This document shows positions 45,057 through 54,944 of a DNA stretch of 64,000 bases, piece after piece. Position 1 is the first letter of the stretch. Every line of letters begins with the position of its first letter. The stretch is from the IMG/VR virus record IMGVR_UViG_3300033066_000417; one strand, given 5' to 3'. The DNA is from an uncultured virus (IMG/VR IMGVR_UViG_3300033066_000417). Its lineage: Duplodnaviria; Heunggongvirae; Uroviricota; Caudoviricetes. The notes under the pieces were generated by a model, which saw only the letters and a list, made by a program, of their open reading frames with translations, was not told the origin of the DNA and searched no databases. Position numbers and translations under genes: made by a program.

Positions 45057-45913
45057 GCAGAATGACAATTAGAAAAGACGGAAGTATTGAGATAGTTTCA
45101 GATGGTGTTTTAGAAGATTTTTTTTCTTTACCTTCTGACTCTTACATTGATGTGATTCAAACTTTAAATAATATTAGAGAAATTGTTTTAAACAGAGAGA
45201 GTGGTGAGCAGTACACAGAACTGTTTACTTTTGGTAGTGTAGCATTTACTAACTTTACTCAAATGTTAGGCTTGTTTAGCCGATGGTACCCTGTAGACAA
45301 TTCTGGAAAAAACATTGACCTGTGGAAATCATATTTTGCTTACATTCTTGCAACAATAAAACATGAGACAGCTCACTCTTGGGAACCTTGTTATGAAGCC
45401 TTTTATTTAAATAATGGCTCTCCTCCAGATGGTGGAGTAGGCTCTCCTGAATGGCTTTCTGAACTTAGAAGTAAGGCTGGTAGGTATGAAGGAGGAGTGT
45501 ATCCTGCTGGTCATCCTTGGGCTGGAGTTCCTATATACTTTGGAAGAGGCTTTGTACAATTGACTCATGATTACAATTATGAAAAGTTTGATATTGTTTT
45601 AAAGAAGCCTAGATTTGGCACTTTGTTTTCTGGAATAGATTTGCTAAACATTCCAGAACAAGCTTTAGACAAAGTAGTGAGCATGGCTGTAACAAGCTAT
45701 GGCATGCTAACAGAAGGATTTAGAGGTGAGCCTCCTTATACACTATCTAAATATATGGGTGGCAATATTGAAGTTCCAGACTTCTTTAATGCCAGAGATA
45801 TTGTGAATGCTGATAAGAATAGAGTGTACAGAGGGTACTCAAAAAGTGTGGGAGCTACTATTGCTGACTATGCTACAGATTTTTACAATGCTATAGTAAT
45901 TAAACATAGATAA
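45053..45913 (+). CDS. Glycoside hydrolase family 19-like muramidase
   Basis: AYILATIKHET, YFGRGFVQLTHDYNY, DLLNIPE, ARDIVN. Confidence 0.8.
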   Translation: MSRMTIRKDGSIEIVSDGVLEDFFSLPSDSYIDVIQTLNNIREIVLNRESGEQYTELFTFGSVAFTNFTQMLGLFSRWYPVDNSGKNIDLWKSYFAYILATIKHETAHSWEPCYEAFYLNNGSPPDGGVGSPEWLSELRSKAGRYEGGVYPAGHPWAGVPIYFGRGFVQLTHDYNYEKFDIVLKKPRFGTLFSGIDLLNIPEQALDKVVSMAVTSYGMLTEGFRGEPPYTLSKYMGGNIEVPDFFNARDIVNADKNRVYRGYSKSVGATIADYATDFYNAIVIKHR

Positions 45914-45914
45914 T

Positions 45915-45935
45915 TTTGTATTTATTATATAGAAG
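45915..45935 (+). promoter_or_regulatory. Putative late promoter motif
   Basis: TTTGTATTTATTATATAGAAG. Confidence 0.8.
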
Positions 45936-45958
45936 CCTTTAGAACAAAACCTTAAAAA

Positions 45959-46432
45959 TTGTCAATAACAGATATAAAATTAGTAAGTCGTACCCCGAAA
46001 GAGCTGGTAGACCAGACGGAATTTAAATCAGATTCTGATATAGATTTTGATGTTTATGGTGAGGTAGTACTGTGTACTCCAGAAGAAGGTTTAGAACAGA
46101 ATTTATTAAAAGCTGTACTAACAGATAAACAGCCTGATGGTTATGGTACATCCTTTAAAAGTTTAATCGGTAGACCTAACACAGATTTTGTAAGAGTATC
46201 ACTGATGCATGAAATATTGTCTTCTGTTGATACTTTAAAAAGTAGTCAAGTGACTTACTTAAAAAGAAATCCTACTTATGATAAAAAAAGTATTATAGGG
46301 AGTATGGTAAATATAAAAGGCAATAGAATAAGTAAAACAGGTTTTGAAGTAACTTGTAAGTTAAGGTCTTTAAATGATATTGAAAAAAATACAAATTCAC
46401 TACAGCAAGTTACAACAACTTTAGATATATAA
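45959..46432 (+). CDS. Baseplate wedge gp25/gpW-like protein
   Basis: LEQNLLKAVLT..GYGTSFKSLIG; precedes baseplate J. Confidence 0.65.
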   Translation: MSITDIKLVSRTPKELVDQTEFKSDSDIDFDVYGEVVLCTPEEGLEQNLLKAVLTDKQPDGYGTSFKSLIGRPNTDFVRVSLMHEILSSVDTLKSSQVTYLKRNPTYDKKSIIGSMVNIKGNRISKTGFEVTCKLRSLNDIEKNTNSLQQVTTTLDI

Positions 46433-46433
46433 T

Positions 46434-48044
46434 ATGGCACTACCAATAAAAAATAAAGCAAATATAATACTAGACTTAATAAAGTCTTTTAATGAAGATT
46501 CAAAAACAGGTGTAGCGACTTACGAACATTCTGTTTGGTATGACATGTTTTTTAATCCTATGTCAGACCAGATATCTGATTTGTATGTTATAATGGATTT
46601 TGTAAATAAGTCCAGCAGTTTAGATGAGCTTGAGCTGGTTGTAAGAGACTCTGCATACCAAGATAGGTTACGTTTTGCCTTAGACTTATCTTTTCCAGAA
46701 GTTCAAACACTGATATCTAATGTAATAGATTATAAAATTTCTAACTTTAATGAAGTGAGAAAATCAGCTATTGCATCCAGAGGATACATAAGATTATATT
46801 TTAATTCTGGGGCTAATGTTACACTTAGTGCTGGTTTAGAAGTACAGACTATTGCTGGAGTAAGGTTTTTAACAACAAATAGTTTTGTAGACTTGGCTCC
46901 ATCTTTTGATTCTAGTGAAGGTTTATACTACGTTGACTCTGCAATAAGATGTACCGAAGCAGGACAGTTAGGTAATGTTGAAACTGGAACTATAAAAAGA
47001 ATAACTTTAGGAGCTCCAAATTTAGTAAAAGCAATTAATTTACAAAGAACAAAGTTTGGAAGAAATAGAGAAGCAGACTTAGAAGTTATTGACAGAACTA
47101 GAACTTCTTTAATGTCAAAAAGAACTTCTCTTATAAAGGGTTTTATAGATGCAGTATCTGGATATGATGGTGTGCAAGATGTAGCAGTAGTGTTACACGG
47201 CAACAACCTAATGGTAAGACGAGAGAAGAATGCAGTAGATGTATATTTAATAGCTGAAGAAAAGCTTCAATTGAAAGAAGATACTTTTAACAGTGTATCA
47301 GCTAGGTATGCATGGGAAAGAATGGATAATGAGTTATCCTTCGAAACTTACCCCACTGCTTATAGCGGAGCTAACACCTACGCTTATAAATTATTATCTC
47401 AGCCAGTCATAGATATATCAGGCATATCTTACTCAACTTCTCCAGACGGTGTTTACTCAAGTATAGGAAGCTCTTATACATTTGTACAGGACTCTACTGG
47501 AGTATGGGCAACTTCTGTAAGAGGTCATGACCATGTTGTACTGGATGCTGGAGCCATACCTAACAATGTTTGGGTAAAGGTAAACTACACTTATGACAGA
47601 CTTTATAAAGACCTTCAAACTTTATTTCAAAATTATGAAAACATAGCTGTAGGAGCCGACCTTTTAATTAAAAAAGGTAAAGAGATTCCTGTAGACATTA
47701 CTATATATGATGCAAAAATATTTGCTGGATACACAGAGTCAGAAGTAAAAGATGTTATACAAAGTGACTTGAGTATATTTTTTACTGGAGGTACCGATAG
47801 CAACGGCACAATAAGACTACTGTCCAAGTTAGGAGCTTCACTGGATAAAAGTGATTTACTTGAAGTAGTACTAGCTGTTCAAGGTATAGATAGAATGGAT
47901 ACAGATTCATTTGACGTAAAAGTTAATGGCATTTCTATGGGGGCAACAACCTCAGTACCATTAGATTCTTTTATGAGACTAGGTTCAGTTACGTTTGTAA
48001 ATGGTAATATAGTTGTAGGTGAGATAAATTCAGGAGGAGTATAA
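46434..48044 (+). CDS. Baseplate J-like protein
   Basis: RKSAIASRG, CTEAGQLGNV, GRNREAD, AVDVYL. Confidence 0.85.
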   Translation: MALPIKNKANIILDLIKSFNEDSKTGVATYEHSVWYDMFFNPMSDQISDLYVIMDFVNKSSSLDELELVVRDSAYQDRLRFALDLSFPEVQTLISNVIDYKISNFNEVRKSAIASRGYIRLYFNSGANVTLSAGLEVQTIAGVRFLTTNSFVDLAPSFDSSEGLYYVDSAIRCTEAGQLGNVETGTIKRITLGAPNLVKAINLQRTKFGRNREADLEVIDRTRTSLMSKRTSLIKGFIDAVSGYDGVQDVAVVLHGNNLMVRREKNAVDVYLIAEEKLQLKEDTFNSVSARYAWERMDNELSFETYPTAYSGANTYAYKLLSQPVIDISGISYSTSPDGVYSSIGSSYTFVQDSTGVWATSVRGHDHVVLDAGAIPNNVWVKVNYTYDRLYKDLQTLFQNYENIAVGADLLIKKGKEIPVDITIYDAKIFAGYTESEVKDVIQSDLSIFFTGGTDSNGTIRLLSKLGASLDKSDLLEVVLAVQGIDRMDTDSFDVKVNGISMGATTSVPLDSFMRLGSVTFVNGNIVVGEINSGGV

Positions 48045-48047
48045 CAA

Positions 48048-49601
48048 GTGCAACTAGGCTGGAAAAAATCTCCGTACTCACAGCATGATAATGTTTTATT
48101 TGATTTTGTAAAAAAGTCTTTAGTAGATTCTAATATATACGGGACTACTCCACAAGATTTTTCTTATACTGATAAGATAAAAAAATATCAATTAACATTA
48201 TCAGATTGTTATGCAGTAGTTAACATTACAGTAAATGATACTGTATGGATTACTTTAGATGGTACAGGTAGTACACATAATTTTGATTTTTATATTGCTC
48301 CTAAGTTAGGACTTAATACTGTAAAAGCAGTGTCCACAGACGGTGAACAGTTGTATGCCTCTCTAATATTTAAGACTTACAATATGCACAACTTTCTTGC
48401 TTTTATGGCAAAGAAGTTTAAAGAATTGTGGAACTTGTATAAGCAAGCTCAGGCAAACATATACATAGAGTCTGATGTAATACAAGATATGGATGGTAAT
48501 GACCTATCTCCAGAATATAGATTTACTAAAAGTTTTGCAACACTGCTAGGTACAAAACGCTACACAGGTTTAACCAATGACCAGTATTACACATTTTTAA
48601 AAAATGTGTTTATAATGAATCAGAACGGTGGAGCTTTAAAGTCTTACTACCAGTTACAGCAAGCTTTACCTGACTACATAGACCGAGTTGACTTAATTCC
48701 TATGGAAAAGTTTTTAGTACAGGGAAATAAGCAGGCTGGAAAGGTTTATGTTGATGGTACTAATACTACTAAACTGAGGGTATACCCTGCGTATGTTTGG
48801 CAACAACAGAATGAGTGGGGACTTTTACCCTACAGTGCTGAAGTTCCAGATAGCACAAGTGCAGTGTTTTATGTGTATACTGATTCGGATATACATTCTG
48901 ATACAACCAATAAAGGTAGTTTAAAAATACAGTACACTGATGATGCAGAATTTTTCAAAAGAGAATTCTACACTACTGATACCTTCTACAGTACTGACCT
49001 AAGAGATGATACAGGTGGAGGTATAACAGGGTTTGTAAATGGAAAATATGTTGTACTAAAAAGTCCTTCTGTAGATGGTACTATAAGTGTTGATTCTACA
49101 GGGTCAGTTCTTGTGAACAATAGCAGTCAACTACTTATAGCTCCTAATTATAATTTTGTTGATTTAGGCACAACCTATGGAAGTCAAATAAATAATGTAA
49201 AAATCACTTACAAGACTTATGACGTTCCTAACATTTTAGCGAAAGTATCAAAAGACACTACTACAGGAGTAATACAGAACATCTTAATGTCAGGGCATCC
49301 TGTATATAACAATTCGGGAAAAAACTATATATCTGAATATGGAGATAAACATTACTTATCTTATATTGAAAATGATTATGGTTCAGTTGTCTTAACTATA
49401 AGAGCTAAACAAGTAATAGATAATGAACTAAAAGATATTATAAATAATCTCATAAGGAATAACCTTCCTATGCATTTAAGATATTATCTAGTTTGGTCAA
49501 CTGTGAATCTGTGGGACTATTGGGGTGATACAAATTTCACTTTTGCAGATACTACTACACAAGCTCAGTGGACTGGCGTAACTTTTGGAGACTTGAAATA
49601 G
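48048..49601 (+). CDS. Baseplate wedge subunit (gpI-like)
   Basis: Follows J; LLGTKRY..LTNDQY; IINNLIRNNLPMH. Confidence 0.55.
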   Translation: MQLGWKKSPYSQHDNVLFDFVKKSLVDSNIYGTTPQDFSYTDKIKKYQLTLSDCYAVVNITVNDTVWITLDGTGSTHNFDFYIAPKLGLNTVKAVSTDGEQLYASLIFKTYNMHNFLAFMAKKFKELWNLYKQAQANIYIESDVIQDMDGNDLSPEYRFTKSFATLLGTKRYTGLTNDQYYTFLKNVFIMNQNGGALKSYYQLQQALPDYIDRVDLIPMEKFLVQGNKQAGKVYVDGTNTTKLRVYPAYVWQQQNEWGLLPYSAEVPDSTSAVFYVYTDSDIHSDTTNKGSLKIQYTDDAEFFKREFYTTDTFYSTDLRDDTGGGITGFVNGKYVVLKSPSVDGTISVDSTGSVLVNNSSQLLIAPNYNFVDLGTTYGSQINNVKITYKTYDVPNILAKVSKDTTTGVIQNILMSGHPVYNNSGKNYISEYGDKHYLSYIENDYGSVVLTIRAKQVIDNELKDIINNLIRNNLPMHLRYYLVWSTVNLWDYWGDTNFTFADTTTQAQWTGVTFGDLK

Positions 49602-49858
49602 TGGCAAAAATGTATAAACCTAATTACGGGTTCTTTGAAGCAGAGCAGGAAGACATTGTACCTTTTTTTCAGTACATAGTATTTAACAAGAATAGCGTAG
49701 ACATGTACTATGATTATAAAGATTTTGAAAATATAAAAAAGATATTAAAAGCTCAAGGTTGGGAAAAAGATTCTAAAAAAACCTATGAGAATAAAGAAGT
49801 AGAAGAAGTATACGTAAAAGAGAATAACAAAAAATTAATGTTTTACCACGATAAATAA
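49601..49858 (+). CDS. Small hypothetical protein
   Basis: GTG start at 49601 after GGAG preferred. Confidence 0.5.
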   Translation: MAKMYKPNYGFFEAEQEDIVPFFQYIVFNKNSVDMYYDYKDFENIKKILKAQGWEKDSKKTYENKEVEEVYVKENNKKLMFYHDK

Positions 49859-50691
49859 TGGCAACACTAACTTTAATACAAAGTGCAGATACTCCTAATT
49901 CTGGGAGAGTAAAAATAAATGCTAATGACCAAGCTCTTAATAATGAGCTTGCAACTACCATTCATGCAGATGGCTCAGTGCCAATGTCTGCAACATTATC
50001 TATGGGGGGCTATAGAATAGTCAGCCAAGGAGCTGGTGTAAATCCTACAGATGGTGTAATATATTCTCAACTCCAGAATGAGGTTAATAAAAGAATAGTA
50101 AAGAACTTTTTAGAAGTAGCTGTAAACTATCCTGCAGAAGACAGCACTAGCAGAAGATTTGCTAGTGTAAGAAAAGCTCTTGATGCTATAACCGATGCCA
50201 CAACAGACAATTGGTATTCTGTAAAAGTATATCCAAACCCAAGTCAGTCTACTGGATATTCTGAAGAGCTTGGCACATACATAAAGAATTACGTAAATAT
50301 AATTGGTGAAGGTCAGCCTATTATAACTATTACACCAGATTCTGGGCAGACAGGTACCTTAACAAATAATGGGAGAGTGGAAAATGTTAAATTCAAATTT
50401 ACAGGTCATAATATTGTAGCTAGTGAACTAAAACTTGCAGGTAATGGATTTTATGAGGGCTGTACTTTTGTACTGGGCTCTGGATTAAATATTGCAGATT
50501 TGGTTCTGGGAGGAGTAGGATTAAATAACTGTAAAGTAGTGGTACCCTCTTCTTCACAAATAAGACTTGATGGTACAACATATAATTTTGTACAAGCTTG
50601 CTCACTGTCTTCTGATATCGTTACAGGTTCTGGTGTTATTGAGAGTGGATGTACTTATAATATTGTACCTAACTTAGTAAATTGGGTATAA
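49858..50691 (+). CDS. Tail fibre/spike protein
   Basis: ADTPNSGRVKINAN, DGSVPM..LSMGGYRI..G.NPTD fibre motif; beta-helix-like C-term. Confidence 0.65.
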   Translation: MATLTLIQSADTPNSGRVKINANDQALNNELATTIHADGSVPMSATLSMGGYRIVSQGAGVNPTDGVIYSQLQNEVNKRIVKNFLEVAVNYPAEDSTSRRFASVRKALDAITDATTDNWYSVKVYPNPSQSTGYSEELGTYIKNYVNIIGEGQPIITITPDSGQTGTLTNNGRVENVKFKFTGHNIVASELKLAGNGFYEGCTFVLGSGLNIADLVLGGVGLNNCKVVVPSSSQIRLDGTTYNFVQACSLSSDIVTGSGVIESGCTYNIVPNLVNWV

Positions 50692-50700
50692 ATTTTTACA

Positions 50701-50731
50701 TTGCATTTATGAAAACTTTTAACTATATTAT
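50701..50731 (+). promoter_or_regulatory. Host-type promoter for lipoprotein gene
   Basis: TTG-N20-TATATTAT then AAGGAG RBS. Confidence 0.55.
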
Positions 50732-50766
50732 AGTGAATAAAAAATTAAATTTAAGGAGAATTTAAA

Positions 50767-51234
50767 ATGAGAAAATCAACAATTTTTTGGGTAGTTGTTG
50801 CAATCTGGATGACATTCTTTATAATGATGGCATTAGCAGGGTGTGGGGAAGATACTATAACTGGTGTTAGTACAGAAACTAACAGTAAGTACTCACAAAA
50901 TATTAGCTTATATCAGATTTACACTTATAAACAAGATACTATAGGAATTTTAATATTTAAAGAGGATTGCAATGTTGACTCTTTAAATTACTCAACTTAT
51001 TTCGGGTTCAGTACAGAACCTAAATTCAAGTACTTAAATAACAACGTATATACTACAGTTGCATTTTACTACGAGCAAAAATTTATATGTCCTAACGATG
51101 ATGTTTATATGTCGTATTGGGTTATAGATAGCAACTATCTTACCGTAAGAGGCAGTGATTCAAAACAAGGCTACATTCAATTGGAATGTGAAAATACTTA
51201 TTCTGTAGAAAACTACATAACATTAGGAAATTAA
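50767..51234 (+). CDS. Lipoprotein (moron-like)
   Basis: Signal peptide ending LAG/C lipobox, CGEDTITG. Confidence 0.75.
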   Translation: MRKSTIFWVVVAIWMTFFIMMALAGCGEDTITGVSTETNSKYSQNISLYQIYTYKQDTIGILIFKEDCNVDSLNYSTYFGFSTEPKFKYLNNNVYTTVAFYYEQKFICPNDDVYMSYWVIDSNYLTVRGSDSKQGYIQLECENTYSVENYITLGN

Positions 51235-51245
51235 TTAAAATAAAA

Positions 51246-52094
51246 ATGAAAATATTATTACCCTTACTTCTGCTTTTATCATTAACCTTTGTAACTTTTT
51301 CTCAGCAAGGAAAATTAAAGATAGGCAGTTATACCATATATGACTCATCTGGAGTATTAGTTATATCTGGAGGCATGTTAAAAGTAAATGCAAATGGATG
51401 GATAAATCCAAAAGATTTAAATAGTACAGTTGCAGGAAATGGATTATCTTTAAACACTACTTTAGGACTAAGATTTAATGCTGGCACAGGTTTAGAAATT
51501 GGGAGCAATGATTCTGTAGTTTCTACCCAAGAGCTGTCTTTTGCACAGGTGGACAGCATAGCAATTAACGGGGTTTTGTTAAAAAGTGATGGTAATGTTT
51601 TTACATCTGTGCACTCTGATAGCATTGTAACTCCACAAATAAATACAGACTTTATTGGGTTACCTTCTACAGGCTCTTCAGTTAGTTATGAGGGTAAAAT
51701 GTTCTTAGATAGCTCGCCCTCCCTAGTAATACAATCTTTTACTGGTACAGGTTTGAAATTGGTGTCAGGGTCTAATATTGTGACGGTATCCTCATCTACT
51801 TTAAATTTTACAGCAGGAGCCTCAGTATCTATAGGTACAACTGATAACTTCAACGTTGCCTTAAAGAGAAATAATTCAGCATACATGACTTTAGGAGCTT
51901 CTGACCTAACTATAGAGGGCAACACCCCTTTAAAATTTGCTAATGGTAGCATATTCACTACTCCAGATGGGCTGACTATGGCATCTCTTTTAGGTATTCC
52001 AAATGGTATTGTAGGAGCTGTGCACACAGGTTGGATATTAATGAAGAATACAGCAGGAGCTACAATATATGTTCCTTATTGGAAGGCACCATAA
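51246..52094 (+). CDS. Fibre-like protein with signal peptide
   Basis: MKILLPLLLLLSLTFVTFS/Q; VAGNGL..NAGTGLEI fibre repeat; C-term GWILM..GATIYVPYW. Confidence 0.6.
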   Translation: MKILLPLLLLLSLTFVTFSQQGKLKIGSYTIYDSSGVLVISGGMLKVNANGWINPKDLNSTVAGNGLSLNTTLGLRFNAGTGLEIGSNDSVVSTQELSFAQVDSIAINGVLLKSDGNVFTSVHSDSIVTPQINTDFIGLPSTGSSVSYEGKMFLDSSPSLVIQSFTGTGLKLVSGSNIVTVSSSTLNFTAGASVSIGTTDNFNVALKRNNSAYMTLGASDLTIEGNTPLKFANGSIFTTPDGLTMASLLGIPNGIVGAVHTGWILMKNTAGATIYVPYWKAP

Positions 52095-52095
52095 C

Positions 52096-52341
52096 ATGAA
52101 ACATTTATTATTTATAGTTATAATTGTACTTTTATTTTTAGTTATTCCAATTTTTTCACAATCAGATTCTACTAGGTTAAAATCTTACGAGAATTATGTT
52201 TTACAAATTGACACACAAATAAAAGACACAGAAAATAAAATTTTAGAGTTACAAAAGTATCTGTTGCAGTTACAAGGAGCAAAGAGTGCTTTTGAAGCAG
52301 TAATTAGTGATGAAAAGAAATATATAGAACAAAAGAAGTAA
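52096..52341 (+). CDS. Small coiled-coil protein with signal peptide (fibre chaperone-like)
   Basis: ATG 52096: MKHLLFIVIIVLLFLVIPIFS/Q; LQKYLLQLQGA. Confidence 0.6.
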   Translation: MKHLLFIVIIVLLFLVIPIFSQSDSTRLKSYENYVLQIDTQIKDTENKILELQKYLLQLQGAKSAFEAVISDEKKYIEQKK

Positions 52342-54867
52342 ATGGCAAACTACCCCTTATCAGACGGAACAAACAGTGAAATGGTTCTATACCCAGCAGG
52401 TGTAGACTCTTACAATGAAGATTATCAGGAATCTGAAGAGCTTCGTGAACATGAAGATAAAACACGATTCAATAGTATAGTAAAAGTATCAGGTATTGTA
52501 GCTAAAAAAGCTGACTGGACTACTAAACTATTTCCTACAGTAGTGTCTGGAAATCAGATTGCTATAAGTTCAGGTGTTGGTTACACAGGTAATGGTGCTG
52601 AAATAAATATAGAATCAGATTTAACTATTTCTGACATTACTTCTCTTACTGGATATGTAGCTCCAAGTGGAACTAACAACGTATACTTAGTATTAAGAAA
52701 GTATGCTCAGGATTATGCAACAAGACCACACCCTATAACTGGTATACAGAAGTACACAAGACGACTTATTAAGAGTGACTCTTCTATTGTAGAATTTGTT
52801 GTAAAAACAGGTTCAGGGAAAAGTGATGCAATAACTGACAGAGATGTAATAGTTCTTGGAAGATTAAGTTCTATATCTCCTGCAGTGTTTGATACAACTG
52901 AGGCTACTGGTTTTAGAAAAATACTTAGAGTTACTGAAACTCTTGCTATGGAAACTGGTATTCCAAATACAATGGAAAATGACATATACTTTCAAAATAA
53001 GTATAACTGTTTTGATTTTCCTCAGTTCGGTGAACAATATTATAAGCTTAATGGTGCTGTAAATAACAAAGACTTTCAAAGATTAATAGCAAAAACTACT
53101 TCTCAACTATCTGTGCTTCGTGGCGTAAAATTCCAAGCAGTGACGGGTGGTTATGGAATTCAGTTTGCTAACGATTCATCCATAAAAATAAAAATATTTC
53201 CTGCACAACAGCCTCCTCAGACTGTAGATATAATTCAACAGAACACTCAGGTGGCTATCCCAGATAATTACATGATGTATATAACACTATCTGATGCTCA
53301 ACTGCTTATTACAGCAGGTGGAGGTGGTGGTTTACCTGTAGAAGAAGGAGACGGTGTAATTGGTGGAGGTGGTGTAGCTGGAAGCTTCTCTACTGCAAGT
53401 TTAAGCTCAAGCAATCTAGGTACAACGGTAGGTTCTAACTTAAGAAAGTTTCCTATCTGCTGGCATTATTATAATGCTGTTACAGGGCAACGTTCATTAA
53501 TATTTTTAGACGGTACTCTATTAAATTTAGATGATGAAATAACTACAGAAGGTTATCACTCAGCTAATTTAAGAAGAGCTGGTGTAGATGTAGCAAATAA
53601 CTACATGACAGGTAATTTTGAGATAAGAAAAAATTCTGGAAAAGTAATTTTAACTCAAGGTTCTGAAGGAGTACTAACAAACGATATCACTACTGGTATA
53701 GAGTGGAGAAAAGCTCCTCCGTTTAACAGCGTGGTGATAGGTGAGTTTAAAAGATTCATAGCAGGTAACGCTGGTGGTAGCGATGCTCCTCCAAGCGGTA
53801 TAGAGGACTATGATTTTTACCTTAATGCTTTTGATAATGATGGTAATAATGGTAAATCATTCGTATTCAAAAAAGATGGTAGAGTTCAAATTGATACTCC
53901 AGCCAGAAGTGCAAAAGATTTATTAAGATTGAATGAAGGTTTTGATAAACGTGGTGATGACCTAGCTAACAACTTTATTTCTGGTAATGTTACTATTGCT
54001 AAAAACAACCCACAACTTATATTACAAGACACTACTTCTACTTCTGGATTCCAAGGTATTCAAGTTAAAAAAGCGGATGGTGGTGGTATTGGATATTTTG
54101 AAAGAGAATCAGAATCTGGAAGTGATTCTATATTTACAGATGGCTACAATGCTGGAGATTGGCTATGGGCTACAACTGATAATAATGGTTTAAACGGGAA
54201 AGGTGTAAGGCTTAGTGTAAATACTGGTCATCTGGTCGTGCCTAAATTACTAGTTCAAACAGATGGTACAGTTGGAGGTACGTTACGTGCCACAGATTTA
54301 AAAGTTACTACAGTTAATGCTCCTGCCAGTGGCTACGATAGAATTATAAGTGCTAGATACTACCCTACTGCTGGTGTGGAAATTCCTACTGTACAGCTTG
54401 AGACTGATTATGACAATCTGGCTGGTATACAAAAACTTGTTAACTATTCCGATTCTACATCTTTACCTATAGCTTTTTCTATTTCAAACGGTGGTACTCC
54501 TACCTATACAGGCTTATCAGTTGCATTGCCAGCATACTCTTCTGCATTGATATCAATAAACTTGAATGGTACGGTTATAGGAGATGGTGTGCCTCCTGCT
54601 GATGGTGAAGTGAGGTTTGAAGTTAGAAATTCTTCAAGCACATCTGGAACATTACTACACTCTTTTGTAAGAGAATATCATATAGGTAGCTCAGAGCCAG
54701 CAAGTACATTCCATGGCTGGGGAGCATCTGAAACATTTGTGCTCACATCAGGATATGATAGATTATTCCTATTAGCCAGACAGGTCGAGACAGTGGCTGG
54801 AGCTACTGTACAATTAAGAAATGATTCTACAGCATACTCTAAAATGACTGCAGTTGTTTTGACATAA
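52342..54867 (+). CDS. Baseplate-attached tail fibre protein
   Basis: IAISSGVGYTGNG, internal repeat GxDxANN(Y/F)xxGNxxIxKN; last gene of tail module. Confidence 0.65.
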   Translation: MANYPLSDGTNSEMVLYPAGVDSYNEDYQESEELREHEDKTRFNSIVKVSGIVAKKADWTTKLFPTVVSGNQIAISSGVGYTGNGAEINIESDLTISDITSLTGYVAPSGTNNVYLVLRKYAQDYATRPHPITGIQKYTRRLIKSDSSIVEFVVKTGSGKSDAITDRDVIVLGRLSSISPAVFDTTEATGFRKILRVTETLAMETGIPNTMENDIYFQNKYNCFDFPQFGEQYYKLNGAVNNKDFQRLIAKTTSQLSVLRGVKFQAVTGGYGIQFANDSSIKIKIFPAQQPPQTVDIIQQNTQVAIPDNYMMYITLSDAQLLITAGGGGGLPVEEGDGVIGGGGVAGSFSTASLSSSNLGTTVGSNLRKFPICWHYYNAVTGQRSLIFLDGTLLNLDDEITTEGYHSANLRRAGVDVANNYMTGNFEIRKNSGKVILTQGSEGVLTNDITTGIEWRKAPPFNSVVIGEFKRFIAGNAGGSDAPPSGIEDYDFYLNAFDNDGNNGKSFVFKKDGRVQIDTPARSAKDLLRLNEGFDKRGDDLANNFISGNVTIAKNNPQLILQDTTSTSGFQGIQVKKADGGGIGYFERESESGSDSIFTDGYNAGDWLWATTDNNGLNGKGVRLSVNTGHLVVPKLLVQTDGTVGGTLRATDLKVTTVNAPASGYDRIISARYYPTAGVEIPTVQLETDYDNLAGIQKLVNYSDSTSLPIAFSISNGGTPTYTGLSVALPAYSSALISINLNGTVIGDGVPPADGEVRFEVRNSSSTSGTLLHSFVREYHIGSSEPASTFHGWGASETFVLTSGYDRLFLLARQVETVAGATVQLRNDSTAYSKMTAVVLT

Positions 54868-54875
54868 TGCGTGAC

Positions 54876-54906
54876 TTGTATTTATGGAAATTTTTAGTTA
54901 TATTTG
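54876..54906 (+). promoter_or_regulatory. Bacteroidota-type early promoter
   Basis: TTG-N20-TATATTTG. Confidence 0.7.
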
Positions 54907-54944
54907 AATATTAAGGAGAATATTATAATAACTATAATAATATA

